Origin: a candidate division NPL-UPA2 bacterium Unc8 | GTDB lineage: Bacteria; NPL-UPA2 | Reading direction: 5' to 3' | Length of the DNA: 64,000 bases | Assembly: GCA_003574845.1 (NCBI GenBank) | Contig: NDHY01000001.1 | Location: 73,043-137,042, forward strand | Shown: positions 8,869-17,724 of the stretch, one piece after another | Layout: every line of letters begins with the position of its first letter | How positions within the stretch are numbered: position 1 is the first letter of the stretch | The notes under the pieces: model-generated | What the model was told of the DNA's origin: nothing | The model's input: only the letters and a program-made list of their open reading frames with translations | Databases searched by the model: none | Made by a program: the position numbers and the translations under genes

Positions 8869-9357
8869 ATGAATAAGTTGTTATTAGTGGCACTTTTTCT
8901 GCTAATTGGAGCAAAGCTTTGGGCAGGAGAAGAAGTAATTGAAATGAGCGTAGCCACAGTGACCATTGATCCACACACCCGTGCACCTGTGGTGGTCTTG
9001 AGAGGAGAAAAAGAGGCAGTTCTTCCCATTGTGATTGGGACTGCCGAGGCACGTGCTATTGCCCTGGCACTTGATAAAGTAACTGTTCCCCGACCAATGA
9101 CTCACGACCTTTTGAGCTCATTAGTTGAGAAATTAGGGGCAAGAGTATCCAAAATTTTTATTCACGATTTGAGAGATGGGATTTTTTTCGCGCAGGTAAT
9201 CCTTATTAAAAATGGAGAAAGGCTCATTCTTGACTCCCGCCCTTCAGACGCAATTGCTCTTGCTCTGAGGACAGGCTCTCCAATTATCGTGGCAGAAAAA
9301 ATTGTAACAAGAATTACTACACCGGAAGTAGAAGTGAAGGAGAGAATATGGATATGA
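8869..9357 (+). CDS. Bifunctional nuclease family protein (DUF151)
   Basis: LPIVIG..EA.AI, PRPMTHDL, DSRPSDAIALALR. Confidence 0.9.
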   Translation: MNKLLLVALFLLIGAKLWAGEEVIEMSVATVTIDPHTRAPVVVLRGEKEAVLPIVIGTAEARAIALALDKVTVPRPMTHDLLSSLVEKLGARVSKIFIHDLRDGIFFAQVILIKNGERLILDSRPSDAIALALRTGSPIIVAEKIVTRITTPEVEVKERIWI

Positions 9358-10616
9358 AGCGCATATTCCCGAAGGATTTCCTATGGGGCTCCTCGGCCGC
9401 TGCCCATCAGGTGGAGGGAAATAACTACAACGACTGGTCAGTGTGGGAGAAGAAAAATGCAGCCCACCTTGCAAAGACGGCGCAAAAACGATGGAATGAT
9501 GATCTGCGAATGAAAGGGACGAATATAGCCTTGCCGGAAGAGGCATTTGACCCTTCTAACTATATCTCAGGCGATGCGACAGACCACTACAACCGCTTTC
9601 GTGAGGATTTTGACATTGCAAAATCACTCGGGCATAACGCCCATCGCTTTGGAATCGATTGGGCGCGCATTGAGCCAGAAGAAGGAAAATTTAATGAAAA
9701 GGAAATTGCCCACTATCGTAAAGTGATCTCCGCTTTGAGAGAGCGGGGGATAGAGCCAATGGTCTGCCTGTCTCACTGGACGCTGCCGATATGGGTAGCC
9801 GAGACAGGGGGAATAGTAAGCAGCAAATTTCCTGATTATTTTGCCCGATATGTGCGTAGAATAGTAGAAGAATATAAGGATTCTGTAACACTGTGGATAA
9901 CCTTCAATGAACCAACGGTGCCAATCCTTGCCGGGTACATAGCAGGAGTGTTCCCCCCCCAGAGAAAAAATCCCCTCCTATCTTTACGTGTATACAAAGT
10001 CCTTGCCGCTGCCCATCGCATGGCATATGGAATTATTCATGAGCTCTCACCAGATGCACAGGTAGGATTTGCACCGGCGTTAATATATTTGGAGCCATAC
10101 AGCAGGTCTCCCTTAGATAAAATAGCTTGCAATTTTGCAGATTACTGGGTGAACAAACATTTTCTGAAGTTGACTGGCGGTACTAATGACTACCTTGCTA
10201 TCCAGTATTACGACCATTTAAAAATAAAGTTTCCTGCATCAGTAAAAAGTGAAGCTGAGAAAGTCTCTGATATGGGCTCGGAATTGCATCAGGAAGGACT
10301 ATATTACTGGTTAATGCGGCTTAAAAAGTATAATTTGCCAATCTACATCACCGAAAATGGTATTGCAGATGCTAAGGATAAATACAGAACAGAATTTATT
10401 AAAGATGCAGTTCACTATATGAAAAAGGCGCTTCGGGAAGGCGCAGACCTCCGCGGATATTTTCACTGGTCGCTTACAGACAACTTTGAATGGAATAAAG
10501 GGTTCTGGCCAAGATTCGGTCTCGTAGAGATAGATTATAAAACCAAAGAGCGAAGGATTCGCAAGAGTGCGCAAATCTACAAGGATATTATTTTGAAGGA
10601 GAGAGGAGAAGAGTGA
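9348..10616 (+). CDS. Glycoside hydrolase family 1 (beta-glucosidase-like)
   Basis: FPKDFLWG, TFNEP (acid/base), ITENG (nucleophile), WSLTDNFEW. Confidence 0.95.
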   Translation: MDMKRIFPKDFLWGSSAAAHQVEGNNYNDWSVWEKKNAAHLAKTAQKRWNDDLRMKGTNIALPEEAFDPSNYISGDATDHYNRFREDFDIAKSLGHNAHRFGIDWARIEPEEGKFNEKEIAHYRKVISALRERGIEPMVCLSHWTLPIWVAETGGIVSSKFPDYFARYVRRIVEEYKDSVTLWITFNEPTVPILAGYIAGVFPPQRKNPLLSLRVYKVLAAAHRMAYGIIHELSPDAQVGFAPALIYLEPYSRSPLDKIACNFADYWVNKHFLKLTGGTNDYLAIQYYDHLKIKFPASVKSEAEKVSDMGSELHQEGLYYWLMRLKKYNLPIYITENGIADAKDKYRTEFIKDAVHYMKKALREGADLRGYFHWSLTDNFEWNKGFWPRFGLVEIDYKTKERRIRKSAQIYKDIILKERGEE

Positions 10617-10868
10617 AGGATATTTACAAAAAAAAGTAGTATCCTGAAAAGCTTTTATGAAGCACTGTTACAAAAGACGGAAAATTTGCCACTCTCCCCA
10701 ATTGAAATAAAGGACTTTGATAAGGACATAGAGAGAATTCTTGATAGACTTCCATTTCTTTTTCGCCTTTCTCTTTTGCTTCTTGAGATATCTCCTCTTT
10801 TTTTCTTTATTCCTCCTAGGTGTAAATCCTCAAATAACGATAATGGCCTTTGCCTTAAGATGTGCTGA
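10613..10868 (+). pseudogene. Probable degenerate gene remnant
   Basis: GTG overlaps the GH1 stop; frame is broken at an A8 run; a protein-like frame (ILKSFYEALL...LLLLEISPLFF) ends shortly before a repeat mosaic. Confidence 0.3.
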
Positions 10869-10920
10869 GTATATCTCAAGGCTTCGGACTTTTAATTCTA
10901 CACCTGATTACACCAACTAG

Positions 10921-11232
10921 TGGCAAAGGCACAAAGGCACAAAGTGCGAAACTCTAAATACGAAACTCGAAACTCGAAACAAAATCAAAAGTCAAAATTA
11001 CAATGCAAAGGCACAAAGTTCACAGTTCACAGTTTACAGTTTACAGTTCAGGATTCTGACTTCTGGCTTCTGACTTCTGACTTCTGGCTTCTGACTCTCA
11101 TTCACCATTGACCATTGACCATTGACTATTGACCAATTTTTCTTGACATGATAGAAATTAAATGATAAAAATAAAGGCACAGAGTGGCAAAGGCACAAGA
11201 GCTGATAGCTGAAAGCTGAAGGCTGAAGGCTA
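10921..11232. repeat. Modular 7/8-bp tandem-repeat mosaic A
   Basis: Consecutive blocks of GGCACAAA, CGAAACT, TTYACAG, TTCTGRC, CCATTGA and GCTGA(A/T)(A/G) units. Confidence 0.9.
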
Positions 11233-11243
11233 ATAGGAAGCCC

Positions 11244-11456
11244 CTACTCCATTACTGCTACAACATCTCCCTCTGAAACTGACATACCTTCTGTAACTCT
11301 GATCTCCGTTATCTTTCCGCTTTTTGGCGCCTCAATCGGAATTTCCATTTTCATAGACTCTAATATTACAATAGTGTCTCCTTCACATATGTCAGCACCA
11401 TCACAGTGTGCAATTATCTTACATACTGTACCTGCAATAGGGGATTTTACTTCCAT
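11244..11456 (-). CDS. Stand-alone biotin/lipoyl carrier protein
   Basis: 70 aa; LESMKMEIPI biotinylation motif. Confidence 0.9.
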   Translation of the reverse strand: MEVKSPIAGTVCKIIAHCDGADICEGDTIVILESMKMEIPIEAPKSGKITEIRVTEGMSVSEGDVVAVME

Positions 11457-11526
11457 TGTTGCCCTCTCTATCCTTCAATAAGAAGGCATCACAAAAGTGC
11501 CGCCCTTTTTCGTGAGAACCCAGTCT

Positions 11527-12051
11527 TCAATCCACTATACCTGACAGCCAGTTTTTTTCTTGAACATTATTTCTTATAGTTATTTCCGTCGGGTATATAT
11601 CAAATATTATCTCCTCAGGCTTAAACCAGAGCTTGATCTCGCGTTCTGCCTCTTCCTCATTTTCTGAGGCGTGAATTACATTTTCATACAATCCATTCGT
11701 GGTTATCCTGCCATAAGCTCCTCTGATAGAAGTTGGCTCTGCCTCCTCCGGATTTGTCGAACCGGCCAGTAGCCGCACTTTTCTAATAGCATCTTTACCA
11801 TAATATACCATTGCCAGCACCTTTTTTCTATTATGGAGTTCGCCCATAAGATACTTCAGAAGCTCTTCAAAGAATGGCTTATCCTGCATATGCCGATAGT
11901 GTTCAGCAGCAAGTTCACGAGAAACTCTCATTACTCTGGCTGCAGCTATCTCCAGCTTCATCTCTGAAAGCCTGGTGAGTATATTTCCCGTAAGAGACTT
12001 CTTAAGCCCGTCTGGTTTGATGATGACAAGAGTTGCCTGATTAATATTCAA
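11527..12051 (-). CDS. ndk: Nucleoside diphosphate kinase
   Basis: TLVIIKPDG, GSTNP, SIRG, NVIHAS. Confidence 0.92.
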   Translation of the reverse strand: MNINQATLVIIKPDGLKKSLTGNILTRLSEMKLEIAAARVMRVSRELAAEHYRHMQDKPFFEELLKYLMGELHNRKKVLAMVYYGKDAIRKVRLLAGSTNPEEAEPTSIRGAYGRITTNGLYENVIHASENEEEAEREIKLWFKPEEIIFDIYPTEITIRNNVQEKNWLSGIVD

Positions 12052-12571
12052 TTCCCTCTCTCCCTTCTATGTTCTCATCAAAAGGATGTTTTATTTTTTT
12101 AATTTCACTTACTAAATCCGCCCTCTTGATTACCTCATCCCCAGCCCCGCGCCCTGTCAGAATAAGCTCTAATTTTTCCGGCTTAGAATCTAATATTTCC
12201 ACAATCTCTTCCTCTTTTAAAAAGCCATCGCGCAATGAAATGTTTATCTCATCCAATATCAGAATGTCATACTTATCCTGCCGATACACATCCTTTTTTA
12301 TAAACTCCAGCCCCTTGAGGCATTCCCTGCGAACTTCTTTGGTGCCCACATCTTTACAAAATGGATGCTCTTTGCTAAAACCAAAAACATCAACGCCAAG
12401 TCTCTGCAGATTTTTCACCTCTCCATACCCCCACACATCAGGGTCTTTGTGAAAATAGATATAGCACACTTTTAAATTATGAGCCCTCGCCCGACATGCC
12501 AGCCCAACAGCAGCAGTTGTCTTGCCTTTGCCATCTCCAGTATAGACCTGAATTAGACCCATTCTTCTCAT
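12041..12571 (-). CDS. cobO: Cob(I)alamin adenosyltransferase CobO/BtuR
   Basis: YTGDGKGKTTAA, ILDEI, LILTGR, KHPF...GIEY. Confidence 0.92.
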   Translation of the reverse strand: MRRMGLIQVYTGDGKGKTTAAVGLACRARAHNLKVCYIYFHKDPDVWGYGEVKNLQRLGVDVFGFSKEHPFCKDVGTKEVRRECLKGLEFIKKDVYRQDKYDILILDEINISLRDGFLKEEEIVEILDSKPEKLELILTGRGAGDEVIKRADLVSEIKKIKHPFDENIEGREGIEY

Positions 12572-12592
12572 CTTTCTCTTCGCTTCACTTTA

Positions 12593-13708
12593 TCAACAAG
12601 CGAGCCCTAACGATTTGCCTATTGTCCCACCACCAAGCACAGTATCTCCATTGTAGAAGACTATTGCCTGCCCCGGGGTAATTGCCATCTGCGGCTCTTT
12701 GAACTTTACATAGACTTTTTCTTCATCCAGGGGAGTTATTTCTGCTTCAGCCTCCTTATACCGGTATCTTATCTTAGCCTTTACCATGATGGGCTGCTTT
12801 AGACTGGCTATAGCTATCCAGTTCAATCCAGAGGCGATAAGCCCATTTCCATATACCTTCTGTTTGCTGCCCACCACAATGGCATTTTTTTCTCGGTCAA
12901 TGGCGGTTACATATAATGGCTCTTTGGCTGATATCCCCAGCCCCTTGCGCTGACCCACGGTATAAAACAGGATTCCCCGGTGCCTGCCCAATAGACTCCC
13001 TTGCTCATTCAGTATTGCTCCTGGCTTTACTGCCTGTGGGATGTGCTCTTCAAGGAACTTAGGGTAATCGTCATCAGGGATAAAGCAAATCTCCTGACTT
13101 TCCGGCTTATCTGCCACCGGAAGCCCCAGGTCTCTGGCTATTTCCCTCACCCTCTGTTTAGTAAAACCCCCTATGGGCAGTAGTGTATGTTTTATTTGCT
13201 CCTGAGTCAATGGATAGAGCACATAGGACTGGTCTTTGCTGTGGTCAATCCCTTTTTTGAGAAGGTGTCTTCCTTTGGCTTCATCCCTCTCTATCCTGGC
13301 GTAGTGCCCGGTAGCCACGAAATCAGCCCCCAGCTCCTTAGCTCTCTTAAGCAGGGTATCAAACTTAATATATTGGTTGCACCTGATACAAGGATTTGGT
13401 GTCCTCCCCAGGCTATACTCTCGACAAAAATCGGCGATAACCTTTTGGGCAAAGACGTCTCTGAAATTCATCACGTAGTGTGGAATGCCAAGCTTATAGG
13501 CTACCCTTCTGGCATCGTCTATGGCGCTGAGCCCGCAACAGCCACCAAACCTATCTCCTTCATAGGGCTGCTTATCCGAGGGCCAGATTTGCATGGTGAC
13601 ACCAATCATCTGATGGCCCTCTTGCTTAAGAATGGCGGCGGCAACTGAGGAATCCACCCCGCCACTCATCGCCACCACTACTTTCACTTTATCTCTTTTC
13701 CTTCTCAT
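12593..13708 (-). CDS. mnmA: tRNA 2-thiouridylase
   Basis: AMSGGVDS, TPNPCIRCN, ATGHYA, KDQSY, ESQEICF, TPGQ. Confidence 0.96.
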   Translation of the reverse strand: MRRKRDKVKVVVAMSGGVDSSVAAAILKQEGHQMIGVTMQIWPSDKQPYEGDRFGGCCGLSAIDDARRVAYKLGIPHYVMNFRDVFAQKVIADFCREYSLGRTPNPCIRCNQYIKFDTLLKRAKELGADFVATGHYARIERDEAKGRHLLKKGIDHSKDQSYVLYPLTQEQIKHTLLPIGGFTKQRVREIARDLGLPVADKPESQEICFIPDDDYPKFLEEHIPQAVKPGAILNEQGSLLGRHRGILFYTVGQRKGLGISAKEPLYVTAIDREKNAIVVGSKQKVYGNGLIASGLNWIAIASLKQPIMVKAKIRYRYKEAEAEITPLDEEKVYVKFKEPQMAITPGQAIVFYNGDTVLGGGTIGKSLGLAC

Positions 13709-13751
13709 CCACTTCCATTCCGCAAACCGAGTCTTTTGCCATTTTATTCAT
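13689..13751 (-). pseudogene. YHS-domain remnant
   Basis: Translates to MNKMAKDSVCGMEVDEKEKR* with an AAGGAG RBS; matches the YHS N-terminus (MAKDPVCGMEV) then stops within the mnmA 5' end. Confidence 0.6.
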
Positions 13752-13787
13752 CTCCTTTTTTAGCCTCATCAGGCCAGGTCTTACCTA

Positions 13788-13814
13788 AGGGGTCATATCA
13801 AAGATACGACCCCT
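13788..13814. repeat. REP-like palindrome/hairpin
   Basis: AGGGGTCATATC-AAA-GATACGACCCCT, 12-bp stem with one mismatch (G-U on the minus strand). Confidence 0.5.
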
Positions 13815-13869
13815 AACGACCAGGAGCTAACAGCTCTTATCTTAGTTTCGGCTGCCCGGGTCTTCGTTT

Positions 13870-14028
13870 CTAAAGCTCCCTACTTAACATCTTCTGCTTC
13901 AGAGCTTCCCATTCGCTCTTCGTCAAGACACAGATATTGTCCTTCTCTCCTATCTCAACACGCTCATCGCTTATCTTGACTACCGGACAGCACGATGACT
14001 CTGGCTTACATAGACTTACAATCTTCAT
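13870..14028 (-). CDS. Small Cys-containing hypothetical protein (52 aa, absent from the ORF track)
   Basis: MKIVSLCKPESSCCPVVKISDERVEIGEKDNICVLTKSEWEALKQKMLSREL; strong RBS AAGGAGGT. Confidence 0.7.
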   Translation of the reverse strand: MKIVSLCKPESSCCPVVKISDERVEIGEKDNICVLTKSEWEALKQKMLSREL

Positions 14029-14092
14029 CCTTTATTACCTCCTTTCTCTGCTAAATTTTAATTAAAAGGTATAAACATCGCTCGGAAACTTA

Positions 14093-15004
14093 TTAATCGC
14101 CTCCTATATTATAGATTATAGAAAAGCAATAGCCCAGTGCCAAAGCGGTAATACAAATGACCACCAGATAGGTAAGCAGGGTCTTACCGCCGAATTCCTT
14201 CCTTAAAACCAGAATAGTCCCCCAACTGGTAACTGGTCCCACCAGCAACAGCACCATCCCAGCACCGATATTCATTCCTTGTGATATAAAAGCATCTACT
14301 AAAGGAACGCTACCGGTGGCGCAGATATATATCAAAAGACCAAAGATGAGGCTGAATACATACCCAAAGTCAGTACTAAGATAATGCCCAATGAATTTTC
14401 CCACCGGGGCTACTGCTTCTACCAGAGCAGCCAGAATTAGTCCCAAAAGTAGCCACAGCCCTATCCTTTTCGGCATCTCGAGGAAGGCATGCTTAAACAC
14501 AGCTATCGCCTTATCCCTTTTTTCCCCAGCTACATATTTTTCGGCTCTGTTTTCATCAGTTGCTATCTCAGCCTTTGGCTGAACAGAAATTTTAGGTTTG
14601 ATTACAGAGTTGCCAATGATACCCATAATAATGCCCATCAGGATAACAGCCAAGAATTCAAAGACAGCAAACTTTAAGCCGAGGAGGCGCAATGTCACCA
14701 AGAAAGCAATTACAGAAGTAGCCGGAACAGCAACCAAGAAGGCTAAAACTGGTCCTATTTTAATCCCTTTGTGATAAAGACTTATAGCTACCGGGAGAAC
14801 ACCGAAGCAGCAAATTGGCATGATTGCCCCGGCAACACTACAGTAAAGAATTGGCTTTACCCCCTTGCCACCGAGGTGCCTCTCTACCCACCGGCTGGGG
14901 ACAAATTCATGGATTAGTCCACTCAAGAAGAAACCTATCGCCAGGAAGGGCAATAGTTCAATAAGATAATCCTTAAATACAATGAAGAAATGGGCTATCA
15001 CCAC
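14093..15004 (-). CDS. Permease, DUF318/ArsP family
   Basis: Multiple TM segments; PICCFGVLP and YICATGSVP motifs. Confidence 0.85.
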   Translation of the reverse strand: MVIAHFFIVFKDYLIELLPFLAIGFFLSGLIHEFVPSRWVERHLGGKGVKPILYCSVAGAIMPICCFGVLPVAISLYHKGIKIGPVLAFLVAVPATSVIAFLVTLRLLGLKFAVFEFLAVILMGIIMGIIGNSVIKPKISVQPKAEIATDENRAEKYVAGEKRDKAIAVFKHAFLEMPKRIGLWLLLGLILAALVEAVAPVGKFIGHYLSTDFGYVFSLIFGLLIYICATGSVPLVDAFISQGMNIGAGMVLLLVGPVTSWGTILVLRKEFGGKTLLTYLVVICITALALGYCFSIIYNIGGD

Positions 15005-15098
15005 TCACCCTTTCACCTCTTAAGAGGTATATTTCTCAAGAGCATCGTAAAAAGCCCTCCAGAAGGGGTCAACTATAGGTTGCTCGAGTTTCCCTTTT

Positions 15099-15887
15099 CT
15101 ACCAGGATAATTCCTTCATTAAAAATTTTGTATGCCATGGACAAAACTCATATCCACTCTCAAGTTGCGCAAAGATAAGTTCCTCTTGCCAGTGAGCATT
15201 ATATAACCGGCAACCTTTATCTTCACAAAAGGGAGCACCGGTTAAAAAATAGAAAACCGCCTGCATTGCATATCCTTTGATAACCCCGGCCAGTCGCTCA
15301 TCCTCGTAATCAATGAAACGCCCCTTGAATCCATCTTTAAGTTTCGTTAGGTCTTTCCCAAATCTCTCATATTGTTGCTTAAGAAGATAATATTCCCTTG
15401 GTTTTGCCGGCGCCTCTACGAGCCCTGTCGTTGAGATAATGGAAGGGATACCGTATACACTCGTTCTTAGGTGATATCTCCTGTCGCTGTCATCCCAGGT
15501 AGCAAATAGACGATTGGTGAAGAATATGTGAACAAACTCTATGCTACGCTCCTCTCTTGATATAATCTCACAGAAGACCCGCTGCAAATGAAATCCATCG
15601 TATAGGATGCCAAAAGACTTTGTTTTACCTAAAATTCTCCTTTTTTCATACTCTATCTCACCATAGAGAGGTTCCTGTCCTGACAGTATTTTTTGGCTTA
15701 CCTCTTGAATTTTGGCGCCGGCAATTTTTCTGGCGTAATCTGAAACCTTATCATGGGAGAGATTGAAAACAAAGGGATTTCCTCTTACCTCAATTTTAAC
15801 TTCTCCCATTTTCTGGGCTAAATATCGGGCAATTTCCTCAATATCTAATTCTTTGGCAGTGCCCTCGTCATAGAGAATAATCTCCAT
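15099..15887 (-). CDS. Putative metallopeptidase-like hypothetical protein (DUF6775-like)
   Basis: ISTTGLVEAPAKP and C-terminal FCEDKGCRLYNAHWQEE...FCPWH Cys/His cluster. Confidence 0.55.
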   Translation of the reverse strand: MEIILYDEGTAKELDIEEIARYLAQKMGEVKIEVRGNPFVFNLSHDKVSDYARKIAGAKIQEVSQKILSGQEPLYGEIEYEKRRILGKTKSFGILYDGFHLQRVFCEIISREERSIEFVHIFFTNRLFATWDDSDRRYHLRTSVYGIPSIISTTGLVEAPAKPREYYLLKQQYERFGKDLTKLKDGFKGRFIDYEDERLAGVIKGYAMQAVFYFLTGAPFCEDKGCRLYNAHWQEELIFAQLESGYEFCPWHTKFLMKELSW

Positions 15888-15896
15888 TTCTGAACT

Positions 15897-16676
15897 CTAT
15901 GTTAGTTTCTCCAAAGCAATTTCAGCTGCCTTCTCCCCTGATAGAAGCATCCCCCCGAAGGTTGGCCCCATCCTGGGTAATCCGTAGGTTGTTGATACTG
16001 CCATGCCGGTGACAATTAGGCCCGGATGAACCTCACCAGTATGCTCCATGATGAGGTCTTCCGACCTCTCTACCCACATGGCACCAAAGCCTTTTGTTTT
16101 AATCAGTCCTCTTTCTTCCAGTTTTTTCACTACCTGGGCATCATGCCCGGTAGCATCGATTACTATTGTCGCTTCGATGGCTACAGGGTCAACACAGGTT
16201 ATCTCTCGTGGCAATGCCGTAACCGGTGTCCAGTTAATTACCACTCCAAACACGCGCCCATCTCCTTTCAAGACCAGATCCTCAAAGATTGTCATATTGG
16301 CAAATTTAACGCCACTATCACAGGCTGAAGCAATAAGTTTTGAGCAGGCATGAGGTCCATCAGCAACGAGTAAACCTTTGCTAGCCACTTTGTACGGGAT
16401 GCCAAGCTCATCTAAGACTCTCTCCCCCGGATGTCTCACGGTTACCTTATTCATCAAGTAACCCCCAATCCAGAATCCGCCGCCAAGATAGTTGTTTCGT
16501 TCAACTATAAAAACCTTCTTCCCGGCTCTAGCTAAGTTGCGACCAGCCATTAACCCGCTAGGACCGCCGCCAACAATGATACAATCGCTTTCTACATAGT
16601 CATCAAACTGCTTAGCAAACTCAGCGACTATAGCCCGAGTCACATCCTTTTCTCCTACCGGACTGAACTTCTCCAT
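15897..16676 (-). CDS. thi4: Thiazole synthase Thi4, Cys type
   Basis: [41 protein letters not shown]; start at ATG 16676 after GGAGG. Confidence 0.93.
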   Translation of the reverse strand: MEKFSPVGEKDVTRAIVAEFAKQFDDYVESDCIIVGGGPSGLMAGRNLARAGKKVFIVERNNYLGGGFWIGGYLMNKVTVRHPGERVLDELGIPYKVASKGLLVADGPHACSKLIASACDSGVKFANMTIFEDLVLKGDGRVFGVVINWTPVTALPREITCVDPVAIEATIVIDATGHDAQVVKKLEERGLIKTKGFGAMWVERSEDLIMEHTGEVHPGLIVTGMAVSTTYGLPRMGPTFGGMLLSGEKAAEIALEKLT

Positions 16677-16755
16677 TTTTAGCCCTCCTTGCAATCAGGT
16701 GTTAGATTTCAGATTATGAGGAATATTATCACTAAGTATAGTTCTTATCAAGAGT

Positions 16756-16871
16756 TTTCAGCCTTCAGTAGTCAGTAGTCAGCAGTCTTCAGCTTTGTGC
16801 CTTTGTGCCTCTGTGCCTCTCTAACAGCTTTCAGCTCTTCAACTGTGAACCTTGAACCTTGAACCGTGAAT
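16756..16871. repeat. Repeat mosaic B (reverse orientation)
   Basis: TTTCAGC, AGTAGTC, CTTTGTGC/CTCTGTGC x3, TGAACCT units. Confidence 0.85.
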
Positions 16872-16872
16872 C

Positions 16873-16902
16873 TTGACAGGTTGTCATTTACTTCTTTATA
16901 AT
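16873..16902 (+). promoter_or_regulatory. Sigma70 promoter of the larE-gatAB operon
   Basis: TTGACA-18 bp-TATAAT, 15 bp upstream of ATG 16918. Confidence 0.7.
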
Positions 16903-16917
16903 TGGTTAGTAATAGAG

Positions 16918-17724
16918 ATGGATAAATTAAAGAGGTTAAGTAAAATTATCGGGGAGATGAAGAGCGTCCTCATTGCTTATTCGGGAGGAGTGGATTCTAC
17001 GCTACTTCTCAGGGTTGCCTCAGACGTACTTGGAGAAAAAGTCCTTGCCGTGACTGCTCGTTCTGCTCTTTACCCTCAAGAAGAACACCGTGAGACAAAA
17101 AGAATTACTGCTATGCTTGAGGTAAGACAGATTATAATCAGGCAAGATGAGCTAAAAATTAAAGAAATTAGGACCAATGTGCCGCAGCGCTGTTATTACT
17201 GCAAGAGAGAGCTTTTCTCAACACTGGTAAGATTAGCCAGGAAGGAAGGGCTCTCCAATATTGCCGATGGGACAAATCTTGATGATTTAGATGACTTTAG
17301 GCCTGGAATGAAGGCAGCTTATGAATATGACATCAGAAGTCCACTGCGAGAGGCAGAACTAACTAAAAGGGACATCAGGCGGCTCTCTCGCAAATTAAAT
17401 CTCCCTACTGCGGATAAGCCTCCTATGGCATGTCTTGCCTCCCGCTTCCCTTATGGAGAAGAAATTACCCAGAAGAAACTGAAGATGGTAGAGAAGGGAG
17501 AAGAATTTTTGCGAGACCTCCTCAAAGCAAAGCAGGCGGTGCGGGTGAGACACCATGATAATAATATCGCTCGCATTGAGGTTACTGGAGAAGAGATATT
17601 CCGACTTTTCAATGAAGAAGCAAGAAATAAAGTAGTGAAAGAATTTAGGAAGCTTGGTTACAATTACGTTAACCTTGACTTGGAGGGGTATCGCAGCGGA
17701 AGCATGAACGAGGTAATATTGTGA
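16918..17724 (+). CDS. larE: LarE-family ATP-dependent sulfur transferase (TIGR00268)
   Basis: AYSGGVDS, RCYYCK, DGTN.DD...RPG, ACLASRFPYG, DLEGYRSGSMN. Confidence 0.9.
   Translation: MDKLKRLSKIIGEMKSVLIAYSGGVDSTLLLRVASDVLGEKVLAVTARSALYPQEEHRETKRITAMLEVRQIIIRQDELKIKEIRTNVPQRCYYCKRELFSTLVRLARKEGLSNIADGTNLDDLDDFRPGMKAAYEYDIRSPLREAELTKRDIRRLSRKLNLPTADKPPMACLASRFPYGEEITQKKLKMVEKGEEFLRDLLKAKQAVRVRHHDNNIARIEVTGEEIFRLFNEEARNKVVKEFRKLGYNYVNLDLEGYRSGSMNEVIL

Noticed and set aside
10920-11111. 63-aa ORF MAKAQRHKV…SDFWLLTSDFWLL
   Set aside because: Simply the translation of tandem heptamers; no RBS
15019-15098. Short minus-strand frame …GKLEQPIVDPFWRAFYDALEKYTS*
   Set aside because: May be a gene tail remnant but is too short to support without a search
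16695-16760. TPP riboswitch upstream of thi4
   Set aside because: No recognisable CTGAGA-containing TPP aptamer core on the minus strand
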